Under the pieces are notes generated by a model. It saw nothing but the letters and a program-made list of their open reading frames with translations, made no database searches and had not been told where the DNA came from. The position numbers and the translations under genes are program-made. Positions 48,217 to 57,638 of a stretch of 64,000 nucleotides of DNA are shown here, piece after piece (the first letter of the stretch is position 1; each line of letters opens with the position of its first letter). Origin of the DNA: Acidobacteriota bacterium (lineage in GTDB: Bacteria; Acidobacteriota; UBA6911; RPQK01; JAJDTT01); the NCBI GenBank assembly GCA_965263035.1, contig OZ253580.1:4512001-4576000 (forward strand), given 5' to 3'.

Positions 48217-50682
48217 ATGGCGCAAGTTCTCGTGGAACCTGACCGAGGCAGTGGCTTAGGCCTCAAGTTTCTACCGTTCTGGATCGTCTTGCTTTCACCG
48301 GCGCTCCAACCAATGGCCACGGCGGAATCCCATGGTGCGCTGAAGGGCACCGTAACGCTCAAGGAGACGGGCGAACCCCTGCATCACGTCAGCGTGGCGA
48401 TCGAAGATCTCGGGCGCAGCACGGTGACCGAACACGACGGCGCCTACGAGTTCGAGGGGGTGCCCCCCGGGACCTATCATCTGGTGGGCCATCTGGACAG
48501 CCTGTTCACCGAGGTCCACACGTCCGTGACCATCGACGCGGGGACGACGACGGAGGCGGACATCGTATTGGAGTTGTTGCCTCGCAGATACGAGGTGACG
48601 GTGACGGGACATGAGGAACACGAGACCGTTTTCGAGGCTTTTCAGAGCATCGAATCGTTGGGACCGTATGACTTGGCCGAGTCGGCCAACGTCTCCGTGG
48701 GCGAGTTGTTGGACCACAAGGTGGGCACTGGAATCGCCAAGCGGGGTTTCGGACCGGGTGCATCCCGGCCCATCATCCGCGGTTTCGACGGCGACCGGAT
48801 CTTGATTCTGGAGGACGGGGTCCGAACCGGGTCCTTGGCCTCGCAGTCGGGAGATCATGGGGAATTGATCAACCCGGCGCAACTGGAGCGGATGGAGATC
48901 GTCAAGGGTCCGGCCACGCTGCTCTACAGTGGGAGCGCCATGGGGGGGACGGTCAATGCCATCAGCCGCCATCACCAGGTTCATCACCACCCCCACGAGG
49001 GCGTCCGCGGTTTCGTCTCCGGCTCGGCTGGGACCACCAATGCATTGGGCGGGGTCAACGCCGGGGTAGAGTACGGCGTCGGCGAGTGGTTGTTCTGGGG
49101 CCAGGGCGGCGGCGTCCGAACCGGAGACTACACGGCGCCCGGGCAGGGCACGATCTTCAACTCCCGCTCGAGGATGACCAACGGAGGCGGCGGATTCGGG
49201 TTCTACGGCGAGAAGATGTTCTTCAGCCTGGAGACCAAATTTGACGAGGGGCAATATGGCGTCCCCTTCGTCCAGGACTACCACGCTCATCTTGGCGAGG
49301 AGGACGGGCACCACGACGAGGAAGAGGGCGATCACGATGAGGAGGAAGGGGATCACCACGACGAGGATGAGCACCACGAGGAAGACGAGCAGGGGCACGA
49401 GGAGATCGAACGCGTCCAAGTCGACACCCAACGCCGAACCTACCGTTTCAACTGGGGGTTGAAGGAACTGGGCGGCCCCGTCGACCATTTCGTTCTGAGA
49501 TTGGGCTACACCGACTGGTTTCAAGAGGAGGTGGAGTTCCTGGAGCACGATGAACGACTCGTGGGCACCGAGTTCGACAACAGGCAGTTCACCTACCGGG
49601 GGGTCTTCGAACAACGGGAGTCGGGACCGTTGAGCGGTCGCTTCGGATTCTGGGGACTCGCGAGAGACTATTCGGCCTCGGGAGAGGAAGCGCTGGCGCC
49701 TCCGGTCGACCAGAGCGCATTCGCGGTTTTCGCCTTGCAGGCCCTGGATTTCGAGCGCTTCAAGATCCAGCTTGGAGGGCGCCTGGAGACTCAACGCTAC
49801 AACCCTGCCTTCGGCCTCCGCGGTCCCGCCGGCGGCGAGGATGACCATCACGCCGAAGCAGACGATCACGAGATGGAGCACGAGGACGACCACGACGACG
49901 AGATCGCCGAAGCGATCGAGAGGACCTTCACCGGAGCCTCCGCTTCAATCGGAGTTCACGCCGAGACCTGGCACAGTGGGGCCTTCGTCGCCAACTATGC
50001 CCATTCGTATCGGGTTCCCTCCCTGGAGGAGCTCTACAATTTCGGGCCGCATGCCGGGAATCTCGCCTTCGAGGTCGGCAACCCTTCGCTGATGGCCGAG
50101 ACGGGCGACGGGATCGAGTTTTCGTTGCGCCACGAGGATGAGCAGGTGCACGGCAGCGTGAGTTTCTTCTATTACGTCTTCCAGGACTTCATTTTCCCCT
50201 ACGCTCCGGGGCGGGAAGAGAGTGGGCTGACGGTGATCGAGTTCACCCAGCGCGATGCCCGCTACGTGGGGGCGGAGGCGAGCCTCGACATCCGCCTGAA
50301 CCCGAGCCTCTGGCTCGACCTGGGCCTGGACCTGGTCGACGCCCAGGACACGAACACCGGTACGCCGCTCCCACGAATCCCGCCGCTACGGGGCAAGATC
50401 GGGTTGGACCTGAATCTCGGCGGATTGCGTGTCCATCCGGAGTTGATTCTGGCCAGTGAGCAGAACCAGACTTTTACCGGCGAGACCCGGACCCCCGGCT
50501 ATGGCGTCGTGAATCTGAAGGCCTCATACACCTACGCTCAGCAGCACGTGGCGCATCAGTTCGCGGTGAACGTCTTCAACCTGGGCGATCGCCTCTACCG
50601 CAACCACTCCTCCTTCATCAAGGACCTGGCGCCGGAGATCGGCCGCGGCGTGCGGGTGACCTACATCTTGCGGTTCTTCTAG
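48217..50682 (+). CDS. TonB-dependent receptor with His/Asp/Glu-rich loops (ZnuD-like)
   Basis: Carboxypeptidase-regulatory-like N domain, SRPIIRGFDGDRI, EIVKGPATLLY, N..DRLYRNH.SFIK, terminal FF. Confidence 0.9.
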   Translation: MAQVLVEPDRGSGLGLKFLPFWIVLLSPALQPMATAESHGALKGTVTLKETGEPLHHVSVAIEDLGRSTVTEHDGAYEFEGVPPGTYHLVGHLDSLFTEVHTSVTIDAGTTTEADIVLELLPRRYEVTVTGHEEHETVFEAFQSIESLGPYDLAESANVSVGELLDHKVGTGIAKRGFGPGASRPIIRGFDGDRILILEDGVRTGSLASQSGDHGELINPAQLERMEIVKGPATLLYSGSAMGGTVNAISRHHQVHHHPHEGVRGFVSGSAGTTNALGGVNAGVEYGVGEWLFWGQGGGVRTGDYTAPGQGTIFNSRSRMTNGGGGFGFYGEKMFFSLETKFDEGQYGVPFVQDYHAHLGEEDGHHDEEEGDHDEEEGDHHDEDEHHEEDEQGHEEIERVQVDTQRRTYRFNWGLKELGGPVDHFVLRLGYTDWFQEEVEFLEHDERLVGTEFDNRQFTYRGVFEQRESGPLSGRFGFWGLARDYSASGEEALAPPVDQSAFAVFALQALDFERFKIQLGGRLETQRYNPAFGLRGPAGGEDDHHAEADDHEMEHEDDHDDEIAEAIERTFTGASASIGVHAETWHSGAFVANYAHSYRVPSLEELYNFGPHAGNLAFEVGNPSLMAETGDGIEFSLRHEDEQVHGSVSFFYYVFQDFIFPYAPGREESGLTVIEFTQRDARYVGAEASLDIRLNPSLWLDLGLDLVDAQDTNTGTPLPRIPPLRGKIGLDLNLGGLRVHPELILASEQNQTFTGETRTPGYGVVNLKASYTYAQQHVAHQFAVNVFNLGDRLYRNHSSFIKDLAPEIGRGVRVTYILRFF

Positions 50683-50710
50683 GAGTCTGCGCGGTAGATA
50701 AATTTCTGTC
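50683..50710. mobile_element. 28-bp internally deleted derivative of MITE family B
   Basis: gagtctgcgcggtagataaatttctgtc between CTAG (50679-50682) and CTAG (50711-50714). Confidence 0.7.
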
Positions 50711-50761
50711 CTAGCCCGTCCCTGCCACTCCGGCACCGCGACCTCTGGCCGTACGTCGTCC

Positions 50762-51417
50762 GTGTCATTCTGTAGAGCCGTGTTTTCGGGTCATCCTTAC
50801 ACGACGCTCGAGGCGCCGGACATCCGCGCTCTTGCGGCGGAGGACCCGCGAGGTTTTCTGAGACAATTCCCCCACGGGGCCATCATCGACGAAGTACAAC
50901 GCGTCCCGGAGCTTCTTTCCTACCTGCAGGGCATCATCGACTCCGATCCGGAGTCCGGTCGTTGGATTCTGACCGGCTCGCAGAACCTCTCCCTGCTGAA
51001 GTCGGTCAGTCAGTCGCTGGCGGGACGGACGGCAGTCCACCACCTGCTTCCGTTGAGCCGCAATGAGATCGTGCGTTTCGATCGGCACCCACAGAGTCTC
51101 GAGGAAACTCTCTTCGCCGGAGCCTATCCGCGGATATTCGATCGAGGCCTGCACCCGGCGGACTGGCTCCGTTCGTATGTTGCGACCTATATCGAACGGG
51201 ACGTGCGGACCATCAGCAACGTGGGAGATCTCCCCACCTTCCAACGCTTCGTCCAATTGTGCGCCGGCCGCACGGCCCAGTTGGTCAACTACTCGTCGTT
51301 GGCCGACGACTGCGGCATCTCCCAACCGAGCGCCAAGGCTTGGCTCGGCATTCTTGAGACCAGTTTCCTCACCTTCCGCCTGACGCCATTTCACGCCAAT
51401 TTGCGCAAGCGGCTAGA
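50762..51417 (+). pseudogene. AAA_14/DUF4143 ATPase fragment truncated at both ends
   Basis: IIDEVQRVPELL, ILTGSQ, SLAGR, TYIERDV, ends at NLRKRL; Walker A and the C-terminal part are missing. Confidence 0.8.
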
Positions 51418-51459
51418 CGCGACGAACAATAGACTGTCCCTTTCTATCACACTAGGATC

Positions 51460-51483
51460 GTGTACACTGAAGCCGTGTATACT
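51460..51483 (+). promoter_or_regulatory. Likely TA autoregulatory operator
   Basis: gtgtacac and gtgtatac palindromic boxes just upstream of the antitoxin start. Confidence 0.45.
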
Positions 51484-51509
51484 TCCCCATGAAAGTAGAG
51501 ATCTGATAG

Positions 51510-51734
51510 ATGAAAAACATTACGTTGAGTGCCGACGAGAACCTGATTGAAGCGGCGCGCCGGCGTGCTGCTGCGGAGCACACGACGTTGAACGAGCGGT
51601 TTCGGGTCTGGCTCGAACACTACGTTCGACGCGAGCAGCAGGCTGCCGAGGCCATGAGAGTGATCCGCGAACTGCAAGGCCGCATATTCACCGGAGGACG
51701 CACGTTCACTCGGGATCAAATGAATGAGCGTTGA
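51510..51734 (+). CDS. Ribbon-helix-helix-type antitoxin (VapB-like)
   Basis: MKNITLSADE.LIE.AR..A, FTRDQMNER end; overlaps the PIN gene start. Confidence 0.8.
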   Translation: MKNITLSADENLIEAARRRAAAEHTTLNERFRVWLEHYVRREQQAAEAMRVIRELQGRIFTGGRTFTRDQMNER

Positions 51735-52143
51735 AAGCTTCCTCGACACCAACGTCTTCGTTTACTTGTTCGATGAGACCGACGACAGCAAGCGGGAACG
51801 AGCAGAGCGTTTGGTTCAACGGGCCTTGGAGCGCCAAACCGGTTGCATCAGTTTCCAGGTCGTCCAGGAAACCCTCAATGTCATGACCGGTAAGCTCAAG
51901 GTGCCACCGGAGACGGCTCGACAGCTATTGAACGGAATCTTGATGCCTCTTTGTCGGGTCTTCCCGACCCAGGCGCTTTACCAGAGTGCCCTCGACCTGC
52001 AAGCTCGCTATCGGCTCGGCTTCTACGATAGCCTGATCGTTGCGGCCGCGATCGAAGCGGGCTGCAGAACCCTCTACAGCGAAGATCTTCAGCATGGACA
52101 GCAGATTTCAGGCGTCATCATCATGAATCCTTTCGGGAAGTGA
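51724..52143 (+). CDS. PIN domain toxin (VapC-like)
   Basis: FLDTNVFVY, QVVQE, FYDSLIVAAA, LYSEDL, NPF. Confidence 0.9.
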   Translation: MSVESFLDTNVFVYLFDETDDSKRERAERLVQRALERQTGCISFQVVQETLNVMTGKLKVPPETARQLLNGILMPLCRVFPTQALYQSALDLQARYRLGFYDSLIVAAAIEAGCRTLYSEDLQHGQQISGVIIMNPFGK

Positions 52144-52220
52144 GTCGATCCAGGGAGAGAAAGCGAACCAGAGCAGGGACGAAGAGATGTAGTATGCCGA
52201 CGACCCTGACCCTGAGTTCG

Positions 52221-52293
52221 ACCGATCCGTTCTTCGAACAGCCGATTCCTCAACTTGCCGTACCAGTGCCCGAGCCGGTATTGGGAACCGGAC
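52221..52293 (+). pseudogene. Very short remnant resembling the N-terminus of a type III-like restriction endonuclease
   Basis: TDPFFEQPI, one-base shift, LNLPYQCPSRYWEPD resembles the recalled FFEQPILNSPY..P.RHWELD start of BPTD_3080-family enzymes. Confidence 0.45.
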
Positions 52294-52482
52294 ACCGTCG
52301 TTTGACAGGAGTCGTGGCCGTGGTAGGGTTCTAGCATTCGATCGAATGTCCGCCGAACCTGCGGCCAGATATCGATTCGAAAACGCTGGCTGCTGGTCCG
52401 TCGATCCGCGCCGGCGCAATCTCGGCAAGTTCAGATGACCTGCTTCAGGGAATAACGTTACGCGTCTTCTGCAGGGGGGCAA

Positions 52483-54507
52483 ATGACCGACCAGACACAC
52501 AGCCACACTCCCGGCACGGATCCCGCCGCCAACCTCCGCGTCCCGGCCGGGAAAATGGCGCCCTGGGGAGTGGACACGCTTCCCGTTCCTCCCCCCGACC
52601 GCTTCGACCTGCGCCGGTTCCTGGGACCGGGCCTGCTCATGGTGGGATTGGCCATCGGAGGAGGGGAATGGCTGACCGGTCCCGCCCTGACGGCGCAATA
52701 CGGCGGGGTGCTGATGTGGATCGCCACCATGAGCATCCTGTTCCAGTGCTGCTACAACCTGGAGGTGATGCGCTACGCCCTCTATTGCGGCGAGCCCATG
52801 TTCACCGGCTTTTTCCGATTGGCGCCGGGCCCGCGCTTCTGGACCGGCGTCTTCCTGGTGGTCGACTTCGGCGCCATCTGGCCCTACCTGTCCGCCAACG
52901 CGGCGGTTCCCCTGTTGGCGGCTTTTTTGGGGCATCTCCCGGGGACGCTTCCCACGACCTATCTTTCCCAGGAGGAAATCGTGGCCGAGACGGGCCTTTC
53001 GGCTCGGCTGGTAGAGGAGATGTCGCAACACCCCGGTCGTTTCGGACGAGTCCAGGACATCGAGCGCGACACGGGACTGCCGGTCGAGGTGATCCGGGAG
53101 ATGTCACGGAACCCGGAGAATTACGGCGACACCCGCCGCTGGCGGCCCCTGCCTCATCCGCTCACCGAGTGGCAGGACGGGGCATCGGTCACGGAGGTGG
53201 CGGCCAGAACCGGTCTGGACTCCGAGATCTTGGAAAAGGTTCAAGGGAGGCCGGAGTTGTTCGCTCCCGTGGAGCAGGTCATCCGCGAAACCGGACTTCC
53301 GGCCGAGATCGTCCATGAAATGGCTCGGAACCCGAGCGCCTATGGCGTCACGGACCGGTGGAAAGCCACGCCCGGCCCGGTGCTGGAAAAGTGGGTCGAT
53401 CCGGAGAGGAGGACTGTGAGCTGGCTCGGCTACGCCATCTTCCTCTCTGCCTTCGTCCCGCTGATCTTCGGCGGCAAGGTCTACAACATGGTGGAGAAGA
53501 TCATGGCCGCCAAGACGGTCCTGGTCCTGGGCTTTCTCATCTTCCTGGGGGTCTTCTACGTCGAATGGCGGGTCTGGGTCGAGATCTTTTCGGGGTTCGT
53601 CAAATTCGGCGCGCTTCCCGAAGTGGGCGGGAACCCGTTGACGTGGTCGGAACTGTTCCGGGGGACCTTCGGAATCGGAGGCGCAAGGCCGGCTCTGGAC
53701 GTGGGGCTGTTGGCCATTTTCGCCGCTATTGCCGGAAGCGGAGGCCTCGGCAACGCCAGTTTCGCCAACTACGTTCGGGACAAAGGCTGGGGAATGGGGG
53801 CCCGGGTGGGCGCCATCGCCAGTGCCGTGGGCGGGAAGGGCATCAGTCTGCTCCACGAGGGCCGGGTGTTCCAGATCACGCCGGAATCGAAAAAAATGTG
53901 GACGGGATGGCGCAAGGTCACGATTCGGGACCAACTGGGGATCTGGGTCGTGGGCTGTATCCTGGGCATGGGCATACCGGCCCTGCTCTCGCTTCAGTTC
54001 GCCGCCGGACAGCAGGTCCGGGGCGATTCCCTGGCCGCCTTGACGGCGCAGGGAGTCGTCGAGAAGACGGGGGAACCCATCTTCTGGATTCTTACACTGC
54101 TCTGCGGCTTCCTGGTCCTTGGCCCTACCCAAATTGCGGCGGCGGATGCCTTCTGCCGGCGTTGGACCGATCTGATCTGGACCGCCAGCCCCCGCGCCCG
54201 GAAACTGAAGGAAGAGAAGGTCAAGTATGTCTACTACGGACTCCTGGCCGCCTACGCCCTCTGGGGAGTGATGGCGCTGACCCTGATTCCCGACCGCATG
54301 ATGATCGTGAAGATCGCGGGCATCCCGTTGAACTTCGGTCTGGGATTCTCCGCGCTTTGCGTCCTGGCCGTCAACACCAAACTGTTGCCCCGGGAGCTGA
54401 GGCCGGCCTGGTACATCAGGCTGATCATGGTGGCCTGCGCCCTGTTCTTTCTGAGCATTGCCTGTGTGTCCACGGCCGCCGTGATGCGCGACCTGCAGTT
54501 TCTGTAA
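52483..54507 (+). CDS. Nramp-like (APC superfamily) permease with a ~145-aa repeat insertion
   Basis: GPGLLM.GLAIGGGEWL.GP, RYALYCGEP, AAIAGSGGL.N, RDKGWGMG; many TMs. Confidence 0.8.
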   Translation: MTDQTHSHTPGTDPAANLRVPAGKMAPWGVDTLPVPPPDRFDLRRFLGPGLLMVGLAIGGGEWLTGPALTAQYGGVLMWIATMSILFQCCYNLEVMRYALYCGEPMFTGFFRLAPGPRFWTGVFLVVDFGAIWPYLSANAAVPLLAAFLGHLPGTLPTTYLSQEEIVAETGLSARLVEEMSQHPGRFGRVQDIERDTGLPVEVIREMSRNPENYGDTRRWRPLPHPLTEWQDGASVTEVAARTGLDSEILEKVQGRPELFAPVEQVIRETGLPAEIVHEMARNPSAYGVTDRWKATPGPVLEKWVDPERRTVSWLGYAIFLSAFVPLIFGGKVYNMVEKIMAAKTVLVLGFLIFLGVFYVEWRVWVEIFSGFVKFGALPEVGGNPLTWSELFRGTFGIGGARPALDVGLLAIFAAIAGSGGLGNASFANYVRDKGWGMGARVGAIASAVGGKGISLLHEGRVFQITPESKKMWTGWRKVTIRDQLGIWVVGCILGMGIPALLSLQFAAGQQVRGDSLAALTAQGVVEKTGEPIFWILTLLCGFLVLGPTQIAAADAFCRRWTDLIWTASPRARKLKEEKVKYVYYGLLAAYALWGVMALTLIPDRMMIVKIAGIPLNFGLGFSALCVLAVNTKLLPRELRPAWYIRLIMVACALFFLSIACVSTAAVMRDLQFL

Positions 54508-54509
54508 TA

Positions 54510-54598
54510 GGAGGGGGGACTTGCAGTCCCCCTCTTCCTCCCCCGAACCGGGGGTTACAAACTCCCGCTCCAGTCCGGCGGTTGGAAACCGCCGCTCC
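54510..54598. repeat. REP-like cluster (three hairpins)
   Basis: ggaggggggacttgcagtccccct; gggggttacaaactcccgctcc; cggcggttggaaaccgccgctcc identical to 36256-36278. Confidence 0.75.
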
Positions 54599-54621
54599 GA
54601 TCCTTTCCAGGAGGATTGAAC

Positions 54622-55860
54622 ATGCGTACCGGCTCAATCGCAGCGATCGCCTTCTTTCTCTTCCTGCCAATCCCGGCCCACGCTCGCGATAAAAAGAACG
54701 TCATGATCGTGAGCTGGGGCGACGTCATCACGTCCGAGGTCACGGGGGCGGCTCGCCTGGACACTCCCGACAAGGTGCGCGAGTCCGTCCGGACCTGGAA
54801 GTCGCAGGGTATCGATCAGGTCCTCTTCCGCGGCGACAACTTCCGCGTCCTCCTCTTTCACGACACGGTGCCCGCCAACGAAGAACACCGGACGGGGATG
54901 GCGAAGACCCGGGCGGCCTGGGAGTCGGACCTCATGGCGACCGCCGTCGACGCCATGAAGGAAGCCGGCATTCGCGCCTACGTCTGGCTGACCGTTCTGG
55001 ACGAGGGGTGCCCCCCCGACGTCCTTTCCGCCGACTCGGTTCCGTTCCCCTGGCAGTCTCGCTTCACCCGCCAGAATCCCCAGTATCTGGCCTGCGACCG
55101 AAACCTCACCGCGAATGGCCGGAAGTACCAATGGGGGGTCATGGAGTACGCCTACCCGGAGGTCCGGCAATACATGCTCAAGGTCATCCGGGCCTTCTCC
55201 GACCGCTTCGATCTGGACGGCGTCTTCCTGAGCCTTCGCTCCCATTCGCCCCCGCCCGTCCACGCCGATCAATTCGGCTTCAACAAGCCGGTGGTCCAGG
55301 AGTACAAGCGCCGCTACGGACGGGACATCCGGCGCGAGCCCTTCGATCTGGAGAAGTGGCGGAATCTGCGAGGTGAGTTCTTCACCACCTTCCTCAAGGA
55401 GGTCAAAAATCACCTCAAGAGCCGGGGACAGAAGCTGGCGGTAGGTGTGCAACAGGGGGAGTACATAGGTCCCCCCTTCGGCAACATGAGAATCCAGTGG
55501 CGGCGCTGGGTCTCGGACGGGATCGTCGATCAACTCGTGGTCGGCCACATCACCGACGAACGAGCCCGCTACCCGCGGCGCACCCAGCGCACCATGGGCT
55601 ACCTCCAGAGCCAGGAGGACGATCTCGGCCTGCCTCCCATCGAAGAGGCTCTGCGTAAGGACTACGGCCCCCTCTGCACCCGGCACGGAGTCGATCTCCT
55701 GGTAGTGCCGGGAAGTTTCTACATGACCTTTCCCCATCCCTCCTACGGCCGAGGCCGGCAGAGCCCGGAGCTGCGTGCGAAACTCCTGGAGAGACTGGAA
55801 ACGATCCCCGACCTGACGGGCATCGTCCGGGGCTACGGGTCGTTCGTCCGGCCCGAATGA
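54622..55860 (+). CDS. Secreted glycoside hydrolase-like TIM barrel (GHL10/DUF187-like)
   Basis: Signal peptide ending AHA, YAYPEVRQY.L, FDLDGVFL, W..LRGE..T.FL; RBS aggagg. Confidence 0.65.
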   Translation: MRTGSIAAIAFFLFLPIPAHARDKKNVMIVSWGDVITSEVTGAARLDTPDKVRESVRTWKSQGIDQVLFRGDNFRVLLFHDTVPANEEHRTGMAKTRAAWESDLMATAVDAMKEAGIRAYVWLTVLDEGCPPDVLSADSVPFPWQSRFTRQNPQYLACDRNLTANGRKYQWGVMEYAYPEVRQYMLKVIRAFSDRFDLDGVFLSLRSHSPPPVHADQFGFNKPVVQEYKRRYGRDIRREPFDLEKWRNLRGEFFTTFLKEVKNHLKSRGQKLAVGVQQGEYIGPPFGNMRIQWRRWVSDGIVDQLVVGHITDERARYPRRTQRTMGYLQSQEDDLGLPPIEEALRKDYGPLCTRHGVDLLVVPGSFYMTFPHPSYGRGRQSPELRAKLLERLETIPDLTGIVRGYGSFVRPE

Positions 55861-55921
55861 AGATGACGGCGGCCTGAAGGGAACCGTTTCACTGAAGGAG
55901 ACGGGAGAACCCCTTCACCAG

Positions 55922-56080
55922 GAGCCTGCTCCGCAGAAATTGATCTACTGCGAAAGCGGTAGAATCGGTCCATATTTCCCCGATTTCTCGGCGAATAGAA
56001 CAACTATGCACCTCCAAATCGAGAAAATCTGGCCTCGATTCCCCGCTTTCTCGCTACGATCATTTCTACCGCGCAGACTC
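55922..56080. mobile_element. MITE family B copy 2, 159 bp, with CCAG target duplication
   Basis: Reverse complement of 33330-33488; CCAG at 55918-55921 and 56081-56084. Confidence 0.88.
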
Positions 56081-56226
56081 CCAGGCAATGGTGTTGATCA
56101 TCGAGGTTGGCCGGAGCATCCTCAGCGGTGGCTTTCAGCCGCCGAACTTCAGAGTAACAATAGAACGATGCGGGAACGGGCGGCTAAAAAATGGGGATTA
56201 TATACAAAAGTCCCGAAACGCAAGCA

Positions 56227-56442
56227 TTAACGACGGTTCCTGGGCTTTCTGATCCACCGGGGTTTGACGGGACGGAGGACTGCCTGCGCCAGCTTGGCCA
56301 TTCGATCCAATGGGGTCTCTCCCGGCACCTTCAAATTGAACTCCTCCTCCTTCTCCGCCTTCGTCGGCTGGTAAGAAGAATGGACCAGTTCTACTGTTCT
56401 GGATTTCGGATTCTTGCGAACTGTAGATTTCCTATTGCTCAT
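56227..56442 (-). CDS. Small basic IS passenger protein, unknown function
   Basis: 71-aa ORF inside the IS, same strand as the transposase. Confidence 0.55.
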   Translation of the reverse strand: MSNRKSTVRKNPKSRTVELVHSSYQPTKAEKEEEFNLKVPGETPLDRMAKLAQAVLRPVKPRWIRKPRNRR

Positions 56443-56683
56443 TTTCCAGCCCTATCGCCCAGCGGGGAAGGTCTTCAATCGGATGCATTTGCTCAGGTCT
56501 CTTCGTGAGCTTGAATGTAACGGATTGTCCTGCCGCCATCCTCACAAGACGCCCGGCTTGTTCTTCTGAGACCTCGCCCTTGGTCCAGACGTTGAACAGG
56601 ATTTCACTCGGCCTGATGCCAAGACAGAGAAGGTAGCCATATCGTCTGTCGAGACGAATGTGATGGAACTGGAATCCGCCACC
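56432..56683 (-). pseudogene. Start-less passenger gene remnant inside IS1595
   Basis: 84-codon open frame GGGFQFHHIRLDRRYGYLLCLGIRPSEILF..., stop overlapping the next ATG. Confidence 0.45.
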
Positions 56684-56693
56684 TCAGTCCGGT

Positions 56694-57638
56694 TTAACTG
56701 ACCAAATCCTGGTAACGGAGCCGCTGCCCAATGGCCCGATCAGCGACCAGAGACATCTGAGCCAGCGTTCCCAGTTCCCGCATATTGTGGCGTCCTGCGA
56801 ACTCGCCGACGTATCGGTGAAGATGACGCTCTGACAGCCGGTGGAAGGTGCCCATATACGCCCGCTTCATCATCGACCAGAAGGACTCAACGCCGTTGGT
56901 GTGAACCGAACCCCGAACGTATTCCAACTGGGAATGACGGACGGACTCATGATTGTCCAGTGATGCATAGGAGGAGGAATCGTCCGTGTAGACCGCCGCG
57001 TCCGGGTCGATCCGATCCTGGACGAATTCCTGGAGTGTCTCCTGGGTCGTGTCCTGGACAACCTGAGCCGACACGCGGTTGGTCTTCCGGTCTTTCACGC
57101 CAACGACAGCGGTTTTCCCAACCGGGCCGCGCCCCTCCAACTGAGACCGCTTCTTTTTCGGCATGTTCTTCCGCTTGCCACCAAACCAAGTCTCATCCAC
57201 CTCGACCGGACCCCAGAATCTCTGCTCCGGGTCCGAGTTCCAGGCCTGGCGAATCCGGTGTGCCAGGTGCCAGGCCGACTTCTGCGTGATGCCCAGCTCG
57301 CGGTGGAGCTTCATGCTGGAAACACTCTTCAGATTCGTGGCAAACAGGTAGAAGGCGTAGAGCCAGTTCTGATAGCCGATCTTGCTGGACCGCATGAAGG
57401 TCCCGGTCTTGATGCTGAAATGCTTTCCGCATTCCTTCTCACGGCAACGAAACGGCATGGTCTTATGCTTGCATCCAGTCTGGACGTTGGTGACCCCGCA
57501 GTAGGGACAGCAGACCTCTTCCGGCCAACGTCGCTTGATGAACCATGCTTCAGCGGTCTTGTCATCCGGGAACAGTTGGAAGAATTGACGGGTCGAAAGA
57601 CCCTCTCTGAAGTGTTTTCCTGGTGCCTTGTAAGCCAT
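56694..57638 (-). CDS. IS1595-family DDE transposase
   Basis: Zn ribbon CPYC..C..C, ELGITQKSAW, VEVDET, YTD, HTNGVESFWS. Confidence 0.95.
   Translation of the reverse strand: MAYKAPGKHFREGLSTRQFFQLFPDDKTAEAWFIKRRWPEEVCCPYCGVTNVQTGCKHKTMPFRCREKECGKHFSIKTGTFMRSSKIGYQNWLYAFYLFATNLKSVSSMKLHRELGITQKSAWHLAHRIRQAWNSDPEQRFWGPVEVDETWFGGKRKNMPKKKRSQLEGRGPVGKTAVVGVKDRKTNRVSAQVVQDTTQETLQEFVQDRIDPDAAVYTDDSSSYASLDNHESVRHSQLEYVRGSVHTNGVESFWSMMKRAYMGTFHRLSERHLHRYVGEFAGRHNMRELGTLAQMSLVADRAIGQRLRYQDLVS

Noticed and set aside
55940-56230. Duplicated small ORF MIYCESGRIG (also 33264-33470)
   Set aside because: Both are translations of MITE B
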